From: an uncultured Nitrososphaerota archaeon
Lineage (GTDB): Archaea; Thermoproteota; Nitrososphaeria; Nitrososphaerales; CADDZS01
DNA length: 64,000 bases
NCBI GenBank assembly: GCA_963799845.1
Contig: CAWCYI010000006.1
Coordinates: 1,568,001-1,632,000 of the forward strand
Direction: 5' to 3'
Position 1 is the first letter of the stretch, and each line of letters starts with the position of its first letter. Of this stretch, positions 21,130 through 31,094 are shown in pieces. Below the pieces are notes generated by a model. That model had not been told where the DNA came from. It did not search any database and saw only the letters and a list, made by a program, of their open reading frames with translations. The position numbers and the translations under genes are program-made.

Positions 21130-21921
21130 ATGCAAAAAATGTTAGTTGTAGTCTTCGATGATGAGACAAAAGCCTACCAAGGATCTAGTGCACTAAAAGA
21201 CCTTGATAGCGACGGTAGCATATCCGTGCACGCGCTCGCGGTCGCAAAGAAAAATCCTGATGGGTCGCTCACGACAAAAGATATCGACGACGATTATCCA
21301 ATTACAACCCTGGAAGGAACTGCCATAGGCGCTCTGATTGGTGTGTTAGGAGGACCTGTAGGGCTCGCACTCGGAGCATCGAGCGGCTTATTGGCTGGGT
21401 CAATTCTCGATCTCGACAGAGCAGATGTAAACGCGGACTATGTCGACCAGGTGACAACAAAGCTCGACTCCCGGCAGGTGGGCTGTGGTTGCAGACATCA
21501 GCGAAGAGTGGGAAACTCTAGTCGATACAAAGATGTCGGCGCTTGGTGGAACCGTCTTTAGAGCAAATCGCGTTTCCGTTGAGGATGAAAAGGATGCAAG
21601 GGAGCAAGCCGCTACGAAAGCTGAAATTGCTCATCTGAAGGAAGAGCAGTCCACAGCTGAGGCAAGAAGACAAGGCAAAGATCCAAAAGAAAATCGACAC
21701 GTTGAACGCAAAGCTGCAATCAAAGCAGCAGCAAGCTGAAGCAACGATCAGATCAGCGAAAGATAGAGGCGGAAGCAAAACTCCACGCCTTGGAAGAGAA
21801 GTCAAAGAAATCTTCAGGCGAAAACAAGGCGAAAATCGAGGCTAGAATAGCCTCCTTGTGCGAGTGGCTCAATCAACCTGTGGGGGGCCACGCGCAGACG
21901 CAACAAGTTCAATCCGCGTGA
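21130..21921 (+). pseudogene. DUF1269 + coiled coil (type B, copy 2), several frameshifts
   Basis: Paralog of the 19895 gene split across frames (~21470, ~21660, ~21765). Confidence 0.75.
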
Positions 21922-22092
21922 GAAAAAAAGGAAATAAGTACGGACACAGCAGTCTTCAAAAGAGGGAGAAATGGGGACATGCTCAGTAACGTGAGCGACA
22001 CGTAGTCCCCTTTACAACTGTTCTTGGATTGCTGTTGTTGTTCGTCTTCTTTTTTTTACATTTCTTCCAGAATGAAAGCTAGTTGATCAATA

Positions 22093-22797
22093 TTGTCAGA
22101 TAACTTTCCAGTCTACCGCCAGCACGGTACCATTCTGTTTGTCATAATGTCAGCAATCCTCGCTCTCGTGCTGGTTTACCTATTTCTCGGAGTCACTGAA
22201 TCCGCCTTTGAGGCAATCGGATTCACTAGGGCCGAATTCGCTCTGATACTGATTGCGACTTTCCTCGGGAGTGCCGTCAACATCCCTATCACACGGGTAT
22301 CGGGCAATGAACCGGTGATAGGATATCGTGAAGTCAAGTACTATGGTCTGACCTACCGAGTACCGGTCGTAGCGCGACAGAGAGTCTCAACATTGGTTTG
22401 CATAAATGTTGGTGGCGCAATTGTTCCGATATGCGTCTCGATTTATCTCTTGATCACTCATGCTTCTATTGTACTTGATTGTTTCGTAGGCGTAATTGTT
22501 ACCTCTGTTTTTGTCCACCTCATGGCGAAAAAAGTTCCAGGAGAAGGAATAGAAACTCCTGCCTTACTACCACCGTTGGTAGCTGCCATAATTTCGATCT
22601 TGATACAGCCTGGCGCAGGAGTAGCGATGATCGCATACGTTTCAGGTTCAATGGGTGCGCTCATTGGAGCTGATCTGACCAACCTGAAAGGGATTACGGA
22701 TCTCGGGGCGCCGGTAGCGAGCATCGGCGGGGCGGGCACTATGGATGGTGTCTTTCTGACAGGAATACTTGCAGTCATTCTGGTTTCGATCTTCTGA
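22093..22797 (+). CDS. DUF1614 family membrane protein
   Basis: NVGGAIVP, LIGADL, SIGGAGT.DGVFLTG motifs. Confidence 0.88.
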   Translation: MSDNFPVYRQHGTILFVIMSAILALVLVYLFLGVTESAFEAIGFTRAEFALILIATFLGSAVNIPITRVSGNEPVIGYREVKYYGLTYRVPVVARQRVSTLVCINVGGAIVPICVSIYLLITHASIVLDCFVGVIVTSVFVHLMAKKVPGEGIETPALLPPLVAAIISILIQPGAGVAMIAYVSGSMGALIGADLTNLKGITDLGAPVASIGGAGTMDGVFLTGILAVILVSIF

Positions 22798-23372
22798 TCA
22801 GTAACATCGAACTATCGGGACGATGCTTGCTTGGGCCCTGTTTCAATTTCACATTCCAAATTCACAACCAGAGTGGACTCCCAAGAGAAATGAGTCGAGT
22901 GCAGATCAAATTGTATTAGAGCACGGTCGAAGAAAATTTTGCCCTGCGAAATGGTGGAAGATTATGCATTGTACTGCCCAGCGATGATGAAAGCGGTGTT
23001 AGTGGTATGATGATCTTCCCGATGGACGCAGGCGAGACACGAAAAATTATGATGAGGATCCGTCAGTGAAGGCGGGAATCTATGCGTGTGATATTCATTT
23101 GTGCTTGGTTTCCCCGGAGATAGTCTTGCCAAATGATCAATCCTATGAACATGAATGCTGAATTCGATTTGAAACTCGTTCATATGTGAAATCATTCATG
23201 TTCAAAAATAACCCAACTCTTCTTCGATTTCTAACAAGCCGATCCGAACACTTTTGACTTCAAACTCAACTTGGATCTGTTATTAGATTAGATTACTTCT
23301 ATCAAAAAGTGTAGGATGCCTTGTTAGATTCGAACCCACTTGGAGACTCGATTGTTTTTACTAGTAAATTGG

Positions 23373-23404
23373 TGCGAGGGTCCCACATTTCGCACTCGGG
23401 ATTT
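23373..23404 (+). repeat. inverted repeat, left copy
   Basis: GGGTCCCACATTTCGCACTCGGGATTT (23378-23404) is the exact reverse complement of 25476-25502. Confidence 0.9.
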
Positions 23405-23693
23405 ACTAGTAAAATCATCTCCAAATTTCTGGAATGCTTCCAAGTGAAAAATTTCAAATGAATGAATTGATCAAGCGTGGATATTTGTGAGTCCATACTT
23501 CTCGTTTACGAGATGGGGATAGCTGAAATATATTGCCTCTGGTTTGAGCGTGAGTATCTACTTATTTGAGATATCTCGTTACAAAGGAAAGGATTCCTTG
23601 TCGGAAGGATATTCACAGAAATGAAAAAATACTTGATTTCTATAGAATAGACGCGGTAAGATTGTAATAGATCTTGATGAACCTGAGCGAAGT

Positions 23694-24047
23694 ATGACCG
23701 TAGAATTGACGCTTAGCGAGAAAAGACTTGAACTGAAAGTCGAGTCTGAATTTCTATGTCCGCTTTGCAAGTCTCTTCTATATTTTGGAATTCAGAATCA
23801 ATTAGAAATCTGTCCGAACAGTACCTGTAGCAACAACCCAAAGGACTATCGATTCGCCGACAAATCGAAAGGAGATCTACGGCAATTCGAGAACGAATCA
23901 GAAGGTCAATTTCAGAATCTCCTTCGGAGAATTGAAGCCCTTGACAGGCATATCTTAACGGAATATGTCTATGACAAACGAAAGGCATTGATTAATGCAT
24001 ACTTTGATCCCAGAGAGGACTCTACGATCTGGAACTCTTTTTCTTAG
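23694..24047 (+). pseudogene. Zn-ribbon-containing protein, probably 3'-truncated
   Basis: CPLC...CPNSTC; runs into the convergent gene. Confidence 0.45.
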
Positions 24048-24540
24048 TGGACCTTAATTCTTGTTGGTTCTTTCTTGGAATAGTACTGGAAGTTCCGCTC
24101 CACCTATCGTACATGTAGCCAATAACTATTCCAAGAGCGAGGAACCTTGGCACGTTTATTCCTGCGCCGATCAAAAGGTAGACAGAGGAATTTCTGAGAT
24201 TAAGAAGAGCCGTAAAGGTTTCGATGATGAGTAAGGCAACAAAGCTGAGGATCACGGATTTTAGAATTGGATTCTTTGTTGGGATCTTTTCAAAAAAACG
24301 AAGCAAGAAATAGCCGACGCAAAATCCGATAACCAGACCACCGAGCAAAGATTCAGCGAGAACCATTGGAAGATAGGAAATTGAAAGAGCAGCTCTATAC
24401 TTGGCGGCGATGGGAGTCAGGGAAATTAGAAAGTTAGTCACCCAGAATGCTACTCCTCCGGCGACAGCCAGTCCTAGCGCCCTCTTGTAGAATGGAGTTC
24501 GGCTTTCTTGCTTAGTGGCAGTCATTTCATTTCCGGTCAT
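24022..24540 (-). CDS. 4-TM membrane protein
   Basis: Hydrophobic ORF with a 4-bp overlap with the DUF4386 gene. Confidence 0.75.
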   Translation of the reverse strand: MTGNEMTATKQESRTPFYKRALGLAVAGGVAFWVTNFLISLTPIAAKYRAALSISYLPMVLAESLLGGLVIGFCVGYFLLRFFEKIPTKNPILKSVILSFVALLIIETFTALLNLRNSSVYLLIGAGINVPRFLALGIVIGYMYDRWSGTSSTIPRKNQQELRSTKKKSSRS

Positions 24541-25280
24541 CGGCTATCACCAACCAAAAGTGGTTTCTGATCCTTTACAGCCATAATCAAGAGCCACAAA
24601 CTGAGTGATACTTCCGCGATGAAGCTAGCCGCGAGACCCGGATAACTCAGAATTCCGTAGCTGGGCAAAAAGAAGAACTGGAAAAACCAGCTAAGAATGC
24701 CAAAAAAGTCAATGATCAGGAGTATGCCCAAAATTCTAGGGACCAAGCGCGACTTGTATAGCAAATAACCAAGAGGAAGTACCCAAGTGCCATAAAATAT
24801 CTGGGCGATCATAATCCCATTTGAGTATGAATTGAGGAATGACATTGCCAGGGCTTGCAGTTGGTCTGGCTGGAATACTTTCAAGTAATCAGCGCCAGTC
24901 AAAAGTGTCAGTGGAGCAAATAGATTTAGCATATTGACACTCTCTATGATGACACCGCCCAAGTTCAGTAACAGGAAGAGTAGAGCGAAGTTTCTGTTAA
25001 CCGGTCTTAACAACACGTACAAAGCCCAAGCTGCTAGAAAGAAGAACACGGCAGAGATCAGCTCGCTCATAAAACCGATCCGGAATAGCGCCTGAGAGGA
25101 CACAATATTATTGGCTGTGGCTGCGGCATCTCCGGATATAATTATTGTTGAGCGAATATAGGATGCAAAGGCAAATGTCAATATGAAAATGAGATAAAAA
25201 AGCCCTGCCATTCTTGCGATCCTCCGTGGCGATGGATCTGCAATCTCACCCGGAGTTTTAGCTTGAGAGAGCGATGTCAT
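24537..25280 (-). CDS. DUF4386 family membrane protein
   Basis: ARMAGLFYL, GDAAATANNI, YKSRLVPRILG motifs. Confidence 0.88.
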   Translation of the reverse strand: MTSLSQAKTPGEIADPSPRRIARMAGLFYLIFILTFAFASYIRSTIIISGDAAATANNIVSSQALFRIGFMSELISAVFFFLAAWALYVLLRPVNRNFALLFLLLNLGGVIIESVNMLNLFAPLTLLTGADYLKVFQPDQLQALAMSFLNSYSNGIMIAQIFYGTWVLPLGYLLYKSRLVPRILGILLIIDFFGILSWFFQFFFLPSYGILSYPGLAASFIAEVSLSLWLLIMAVKDQKPLLVGDSR

Positions 25281-25475
25281 TCCTTATTTTACGTCCTACG
25301 TGGAGAAAAGACATGCGTCAGCCCGTTATAAGATTGGATTACGATTACCAGTATTGATAATCTTCTACCCCGTTGAATCGCTACTTCCTCATTTTTCGGA
25401 AAGGCAGATTCAATTGATTCTCAATTTCAAGTCATTCTGCCTTTCTTACTGATTTGTTAAGTCTCGGCCTCGCTG

Positions 25476-25507
25476 AAATCCCGAGTGCGAAATGTGGGAC
25501 CCCCGCA
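25476..25507 (-). repeat. inverted repeat, right copy
   Basis: Partner of 23373-23404 (31 of 32 bp match). Confidence 0.9.
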
Positions 25508-25630
25508 AACAGAGACATGGCCCTAACCAGCAGAGTTAGTCTAAAACACGGAATCTCCAAATTCAGGCAATTTTCCGACAGCAAACAGCCCTAAGCCGAT
25601 TTAGGTTGTAATTTTTCCATTATTTCATCG

Positions 25631-25664
25631 CTGGGAGAGATAAATTTGTCCATCCTACCAGGCT
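25631..25664 (-). repeat. dispersed 11-6-11 palindromic site, copy C
   Basis: Minus strand AGCCTG-GTAGGATGGAC-AAATTT-ATCTCTCCCAG. Confidence 0.8.
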
Positions 25665-25771
25665 CCGCGGACTTAAAGCGGATGTGGATTTGAGCACGAA
25701 TTTACTATGTGGTGTGTGCTCCTTGGACCGATCGACTGTCTGCGGCTGAATCGAACTGACTGCATCATAGC

Positions 25772-26545
25772 TTAGCTTACTACTTTCCTGAACTGGTAGA
25801 GGGTTACGACAAACGTAGCGACGGCTATGATCGCCGTCAAAACATAGCCCTCGACCAGCGTGTTGAAATTTAGTCCACCAGAGACGAGCTCTCGTATTAC
25901 ATTCGAGATGTAGGTGACCGGGTTGTAATTGGAAAAGGTCTGTGCCCATCCGGGGAGAAATGAAACTGGAAACATTGCTGTGCTGAGGAAGATTAATGGC
26001 AGGTATAGAAAACCAGAAATTGCTGAGAGCGTCTCCGTCTTCTTGGTGGCAATGCCTATCGCTAGGAAGAGACCAGAAAAGGCCATCTCGAAAAATGCAA
26101 CGGTCAACAAAATCAACATCACTCCGGGTAAGCCGGATGAAATGGTCACGCCCATCACGATTGCGGCAACGATCGTGATGATGGTCTCCGCCACCACAAG
26201 CGAAATATCGGTCAACAACCTGCCCAACAGGATTGCTGATCTTGACGACTGGGTCAGTAAGGTCTTCGAGAGAAATCCAGAGTTTATGTCGTTCACAATC
26301 GAGACACCGCTCTGGGGGGAAGTTATTAGAGCACAAAAGACCAGAATTCCAGGTGTAAGATAAGCGATATAGCCCCCCGTGTGACTGGGTAAGAAAAGAG
26401 CCAGCTTTGTGAACATCTGAGAAAAGAGCACTAGGAAGGCAATAGGCTCTACTAGGTACGTAACGAGTAGAGTTGGATTCCTGCCCATTTTTATCAGGCC
26501 TCTCTGGAATAGAGATTCTGTGTCGTAGAGTAGTGTCAAACCCAA
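25772..26545 (-). CDS. ABC-2 type transporter permease
   Basis: 6 TM segments; PGI, FLSTAMFP...LPGW...NPVTY. Confidence 0.92.
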   Translation of the reverse strand: MGLTLLYDTESLFQRGLIKMGRNPTLLVTYLVEPIAFLVLFSQMFTKLALFLPSHTGGYIAYLTPGILVFCALITSPQSGVSIVNDINSGFLSKTLLTQSSRSAILLGRLLTDISLVVAETIITIVAAIVMGVTISSGLPGVMLILLTVAFFEMAFSGLFLAIGIATKKTETLSAISGFLYLPLIFLSTAMFPVSFLPGWAQTFSNYNPVTYISNVIRELVSGGLNFNTLVEGYVLTAIIAVATFVVTLYQFRKVVS

Positions 26546-26549
26546 CTCC

Positions 26550-27542
26550 TCACATCAGGAACGGTTCGGTCTCCTTTCTTTTCAGCTCCTCTGACCTTAT
26601 TCGTCGACCGGTGTGCTTCAAGAACACGTCGTCCAAGGTTGGCGAAGAAATGCTGAGAAACGAAGGGTGGATACCGTTCCTGTCAAGCGTCGTGACGACA
26701 TCGATGACCTTCTCACCCCCGTTTTCGGCGCAAACCATGACTCCGTCATTCGAGTCGAGGACGTCCGAGATTCCCTTGACTGTCTTGAGGATCTCCTTTG
26801 TCTTCGCTCTGACGGAAGGGTCGAGCGTCAATGCGATTGTATCACCACCCATGGCCTCTTTGAGTTCTAAAGGGCTGCCGTTTGCAATCAATTTACCATG
26901 ATCTATAATCGAGAGCTGGCGGCAGAGCCGATCGGCCTCCTCGAGGTATTGGGTCGTAAGGAAAATCGTTTTCCCCTCTTTTCTGTTCAAATCTTCGAGA
27001 TATTCCCAGATTGCCGTCCGAGATTGAGCGTCGAGCCCCGTGGTCGGCTCGTCAAGGAAGAGAAGCCTTGGATTGTGAATCAGAGCGGACGCGAGGTCAA
27101 GCCTCTTCCTCATTCCACCCGAATAGCGGCCCGCCGGCTTGTTTGCAACCTCTTGCAGCTGCACCAGCTTCAGTAATTCTTCGATTCTGTCTGTAAGAGC
27201 TTGGCCGTGAAGCTGCTGCAAACGGCCTTGGAGGCGAAGGTTCTCCCAACCTGTCAGGTCGACGTCGGCGCTTGTCTCTTGTGTAAGGACTCCTATGGAC
27301 TTTCGGATCTCCTTGGGCGACTTGTCAATGTCGAAGCCCGCGACCATGACGCGCCCTGAAGTCTTTCTAAGCAGTGTAGTGAGAGTCTTGATGGTCGTGC
27401 TTTTTCCGGCTCCATTTGGACCCAAGAATCCGAAGAACTCGCCCCCCTTAACTGAGAACGAAATGTCCTCGACCGCGCGCGTCCCGTCTTCGTAGACAAC
27501 CACGAGGTGATCTACGGAGATGATCTCTTGCATATTTTTCAT
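26550..27542 (-). CDS. ABC transporter ATP-binding protein (DrrA-like)
   Basis: GPNGAGKST, YSGGM, LDEPTTGLD; C-terminal PTLDDVFL..TGR. Confidence 0.95.
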   Translation of the reverse strand: MKNMQEIISVDHLVVVYEDGTRAVEDISFSVKGGEFFGFLGPNGAGKSTTIKTLTTLLRKTSGRVMVAGFDIDKSPKEIRKSIGVLTQETSADVDLTGWENLRLQGRLQQLHGQALTDRIEELLKLVQLQEVANKPAGRYSGGMRKRLDLASALIHNPRLLFLDEPTTGLDAQSRTAIWEYLEDLNRKEGKTIFLTTQYLEEADRLCRQLSIIDHGKLIANGSPLELKEAMGGDTIALTLDPSVRAKTKEILKTVKGISDVLDSNDGVMVCAENGGEKVIDVVTTLDRNGIHPSFLSISSPTLDDVFLKHTGRRIRSEELKRKETEPFLM

Positions 27543-27752
27543 TCCCTAAGTTCGGGTGAGATTCATCATTGCAGGGCGCTATGCTCACTTCATCTAAAGG
27601 CGTATAAAAAACGGCCACACATTTCTCAATCCTGAGAATTGAGAAATAAAGAGAAAATTCCTCATCTGGCAACGAATGAATGTTAGGAGAAAGAGTTTAG
27701 CCTGACTGACTTGGAAATAAACCCCTATTCTTGGATTCGATTTGCTTTGAGA

Positions 27753-27872
27753 ATGATGCTTGCCACTTGCGAAAGATGCAATAAGCCAATTTTTGACGAT
27801 GAACATTACACAAGTCTTCCCGGGCATCCGCCTAGAGGCATTCATAAAGAATGCCCGAAAACCGCTTTCTAA
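27753..27872 (+). CDS. 39-aa putative zinc-finger microprotein
   Basis: MMLATCERCNKPI...GIHKECPKTAF*; CxxC and HxxC; below the ORF-track cutoff. Confidence 0.5.
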   Translation: MMLATCERCNKPIFDDEHYTSLPGHPPRGIHKECPKTAF

Positions 27873-28100
27873 CCAAGTTAATCCCTGACTGGAAATAATA
27901 ATTGACGGAAAAAAACAGGGAGAAGTAACTGGCGATATCGACACAGAACCGCGTAGGATTCGAATCTAAGCTACTGACATGTAGAATTTTGATAACTCAG
28001 ATGATTAGTGCAGGGAGAAATTTACTGGAGGAAGAATTTCTGATATCAAAATTGATAGATGTGTGGATATGGAGATGACTCTTAACCCCCAAAGTGCAGT

Positions 28101-28117
28101 GAATCCCATCCCCTCCA
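28101..28117 (+). other. tRNA 3'-end-like remnant, candidate att site
   Basis: GAATCCCATCCCCTCCA resembles T-loop end, T-stem, acceptor strand and discriminator; 65 bp upstream of the integrase; no partner copy seen. Confidence 0.4.
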
Positions 28118-28182
28118 CACCGTTCTCCGGTTCTGAAGGGGAGCGCTTAAATGAGTGCTGAGCCTTCCATTTGATGTAATCT

Positions 28183-29586
28183 TTGAGTTTCAAGTCATAC
28201 AGGAAGAAGGAGTACGAGCGGCTGCTCGACGATCCTGTCGTCAAACGGTGGTTCGACAATTCTGCCAAATCGAGTCGAGCCCACGCCGACATTAACCTCA
28301 GGATCCTCGGAAGGTTCTGCGACAAGATAAAAATGACCCCGTCGAAGTACGCGATGCTACCTCTTTCAAAGATGCAAGACCTGGCAGAGGATTATATTAC
28401 TCATCTGGAGAATGCCAAGAAGCCTGACGGGACACCGTACTCTCCAAGTTATGTGGAAAACTGCCTGACGGCCATCAAGGGCTGGGCTAGACGTAACGAC
28501 AAACCATTCAACAGAAAAATAGCCATCAAGAACGCTAACGCCACTCCAACGCTGGAACAAGAAAGGATTCCCACCAGGGAAGAATTGAAGCGGGTTCTGT
28601 ATCTGGGAACGACCCCGCTGAGGACGCGGGCGGGCATTGCAATAATGGCATTCAGCGGTTGCAGGCCCGAAGTCCAAGGCGACGATCTGGGGTTGGATGG
28701 TCTGAAGATCAAAGACTTGCCCGAACTTAAGGTGAGCGAAACAGAGGTTGTTTTCACAAAGATCCCTGCTCTCGTGATCGTCCGGGATAACCTGTCAAAA
28801 ACTGGATTTTGGTACCCCACATTTTTGGCGGAAGAAGGCTGTCAAATAATCGTTGAGCTGCTAAACAAACGAATCAGGGATGGGGAGAAGCTTGGTCTAT
28901 CCTCGGGAATCATCGTTACCAGCCGCGAACAAGCAAGACGGAGCAAAAGTTTCGAGAAGATCGGAATCAAGGACGAGTCTCCCTTTTTGCGCACGACAAA
29001 AATCTCGGACAACGTGAGACAGGCTATGCGAACAGCCGGTCTGCCGTGGAGACCCTACGTTTTCCGCAGTTATTTCGACACCCTCATGCTACTGGCGGAG
29101 AACGAGGGCAAAATTTCCCACGCGTACATGCAATGCTGGGCCGGCCATGCTGGCGACATCGAGGTCGTCTACACGACGAGGAAACACGTTCTTCCTCCCG
29201 AGCTTCTGGAAAATATGAGAGAGGCATACAAGAGATCGAGCGGCCTGCTTCAAACCATCGAATACAAACCCACTGCATCTGAAGATCTGGAAAAGTTCAA
29301 GCAATGGCTGCTGCTCACGGCGGGATACCCGCGCGATCAGGTTAACTCAATGAACGTCGGAGAAATGAGCGATGATGAAGTCGCAGAAAAGCTGGACAAA
29401 AAAAAGGCAAACAACGGAGGCAAGAAGCAGAAGCTCATTCCACTCGAGAACCTGGATGATTACCTATCCCGCGGTTGCGAGTGCGACAAAATAATAGAAA
29501 GCCGCGGTCAAGCTATAGTAAAGTTGCCCTTTGATTGGAACCCCCAGGATTCGAAAAATATCATAGACGACTCGATTCCGGCCTAG
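28183..29586 (+). CDS. tyrosine recombinase / site-specific integrase
   Basis: SGCRPE (R), YVFRSYF, WAGH, VYT (Y) catalytic motifs. Confidence 0.9.
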   Translation: MSFKSYRKKEYERLLDDPVVKRWFDNSAKSSRAHADINLRILGRFCDKIKMTPSKYAMLPLSKMQDLAEDYITHLENAKKPDGTPYSPSYVENCLTAIKGWARRNDKPFNRKIAIKNANATPTLEQERIPTREELKRVLYLGTTPLRTRAGIAIMAFSGCRPEVQGDDLGLDGLKIKDLPELKVSETEVVFTKIPALVIVRDNLSKTGFWYPTFLAEEGCQIIVELLNKRIRDGEKLGLSSGIIVTSREQARRSKSFEKIGIKDESPFLRTTKISDNVRQAMRTAGLPWRPYVFRSYFDTLMLLAENEGKISHAYMQCWAGHAGDIEVVYTTRKHVLPPELLENMREAYKRSSGLLQTIEYKPTASEDLEKFKQWLLLTAGYPRDQVNSMNVGEMSDDEVAEKLDKKKANNGGKKQKLIPLENLDDYLSRGCECDKIIESRGQAIVKLPFDWNPQDSKNIIDDSIPA

Positions 29587-29943
29587 TTATGCGGCCTCAG
29601 AGGCATGTTAAGTCGCGCAACTTTTTCGGTTGTGTTCGCACAGTACTTCTCGTTGACTTCTACAAGATTCTTCGTAGAAGTGCCATGCTAAGATATCCCA
29701 CGCCGTATGAAACATTGCCGTAGCTCTCGCCTTCTATGGGTTCTGAATCCTCTTTTGCTGACTGGAATACGCGTTGTCTCGAAGCTGATTTTCGTCCTAA
29801 ATTCCGCGAGATTGATTAGATAAAATCAACTAGCACGATTCCAAGTCGTACCAACTGATAAAATAAATAAGAAAAAGTGAAGAAAAGATTGATGCCAAGG
29901 GATTCTGTTGACTCTTTTCCGGTTTTAAACGTGGATATTTCTT

Positions 29944-31089
29944 TTATCTCGATTTCTTCTTTTTCTTCGGCTGGAAAAGAGGTTCAGGAACTCCCATGTA
30001 AGCAGCAAGGGTGGGATTTTGCTGATTTTTGGCTCGATAATAATCTTGTAGCGTGTTTCTGGCCTGTAAGAAGTCTGCTGTCTTTATGTCGTCAATTCTA
30101 GATTCAACCCAACATTTTCGAAGCTCCGAACCAAGATTCTCTTCCTGTCTTGATTTTGCCTTAATTTTGAAGGCTCCATTTAGTTTCTCGTCTGGCTCGA
30201 TAAATTTGATTTTTAGACCTTCATCGATAATAGCTTGAATAAGGTCTTTTTTTTCTTTGGAATCCAAGGTTGGAAGGTAACTATCGACTCGTTGACGGAG
30301 TATCTGGGTCAAAACCAGATATGGATTCTTAACCAAATTCCTAGAACGTATCAGGAGATTCACTTTAGAAAACATGTGGCTTTGTGGAAAAACGCCGTAC
30401 ACGTTGACAGCCGATGCTAATCCATCCTCGCCCAACACGCGATTAAGTTCTTTATCACGATGAACCCTTCCTTCGAACTTTTCATCTGAGGGCCGAAAAA
30501 GTGACAGCCTAAATTTATCAATATCAGCTTGCCAAAGTATGATCTTCCTATTGGTTTGTTTGATATGGTGATTCACTTCACCCGCTACATAGGGAGTAAC
30601 AGCAAGAACATATTCTAGGATAGGATTAGTTTTTAGTCCGAGTAAGTCCTTCACTTGATCTAAGTTTTTCTCTACGTATTCGATTTTCTTATCAATATCT
30701 GCAAGTTCACTAGGGATATTTGACATAGCAATTCGCGATTTACCTTCACCGAAAATTGCAATTGGATTGTCGCTTTGTCGCTTCGCAATCAAGAAGTCAA
30801 AGATTGGAGGCTTATTGTCCGTATTTTTGTAGAAAGGGTCTGCGACTTGGAAGGCGTAGCCAAGTTGCCTAGTAGGCATGCTAGTTTCTTCGAAAATATG
30901 AATGCAGAGATCAATCATATCATCATGATTTTGAGCAGTCTCAATCTCTTGAGATAAATTATCTCGAAGATTGCCTGCTTCCTTTCTGTAATATTTGGTT
31001 TTTTCTTTTTTGAGATTCTTTAGATCTCCTTTGTAAAGGGCCTGAAGTTGAGGTTGGATAGTCTGTTCAAATCCATCATCATCCACCAA
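29944..31089 (-). CDS. putative PD-(D/E)XK nuclease
   Basis: FDFLIA...IFGEGKS resembles the D...ExK motif. Confidence 0.6.
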   Translation of the reverse strand: MVDDDGFEQTIQPQLQALYKGDLKNLKKEKTKYYRKEAGNLRDNLSQEIETAQNHDDMIDLCIHIFEETSMPTRQLGYAFQVADPFYKNTDNKPPIFDFLIAKRQSDNPIAIFGEGKSRIAMSNIPSELADIDKKIEYVEKNLDQVKDLLGLKTNPILEYVLAVTPYVAGEVNHHIKQTNRKIILWQADIDKFRLSLFRPSDEKFEGRVHRDKELNRVLGEDGLASAVNVYGVFPQSHMFSKVNLLIRSRNLVKNPYLVLTQILRQRVDSYLPTLDSKEKKDLIQAIIDEGLKIKFIEPDEKLNGAFKIKAKSRQEENLGSELRKCWVESRIDDIKTADFLQARNTLQDYYRAKNQQNPTLAAYMGVPEPLFQPKKKKKSR

Positions 31090-31094
31090 AAAAA

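Noticed and set aside
27945-27972. TTCGAAT T-loop-like sequence on the minus strand
   Set aside because: T-stem pairing is poor and no cloverleaf forms
28014-28024. GGAGAAATTTA core match near the integrase
   Set aside because: Arms are not conserved; too short
29656-29681. 8-bp hairpin ACTTCTAC...GTAGAAGT after the integrase
   Set aside because: Single short stem; not enough to call a terminator or att site
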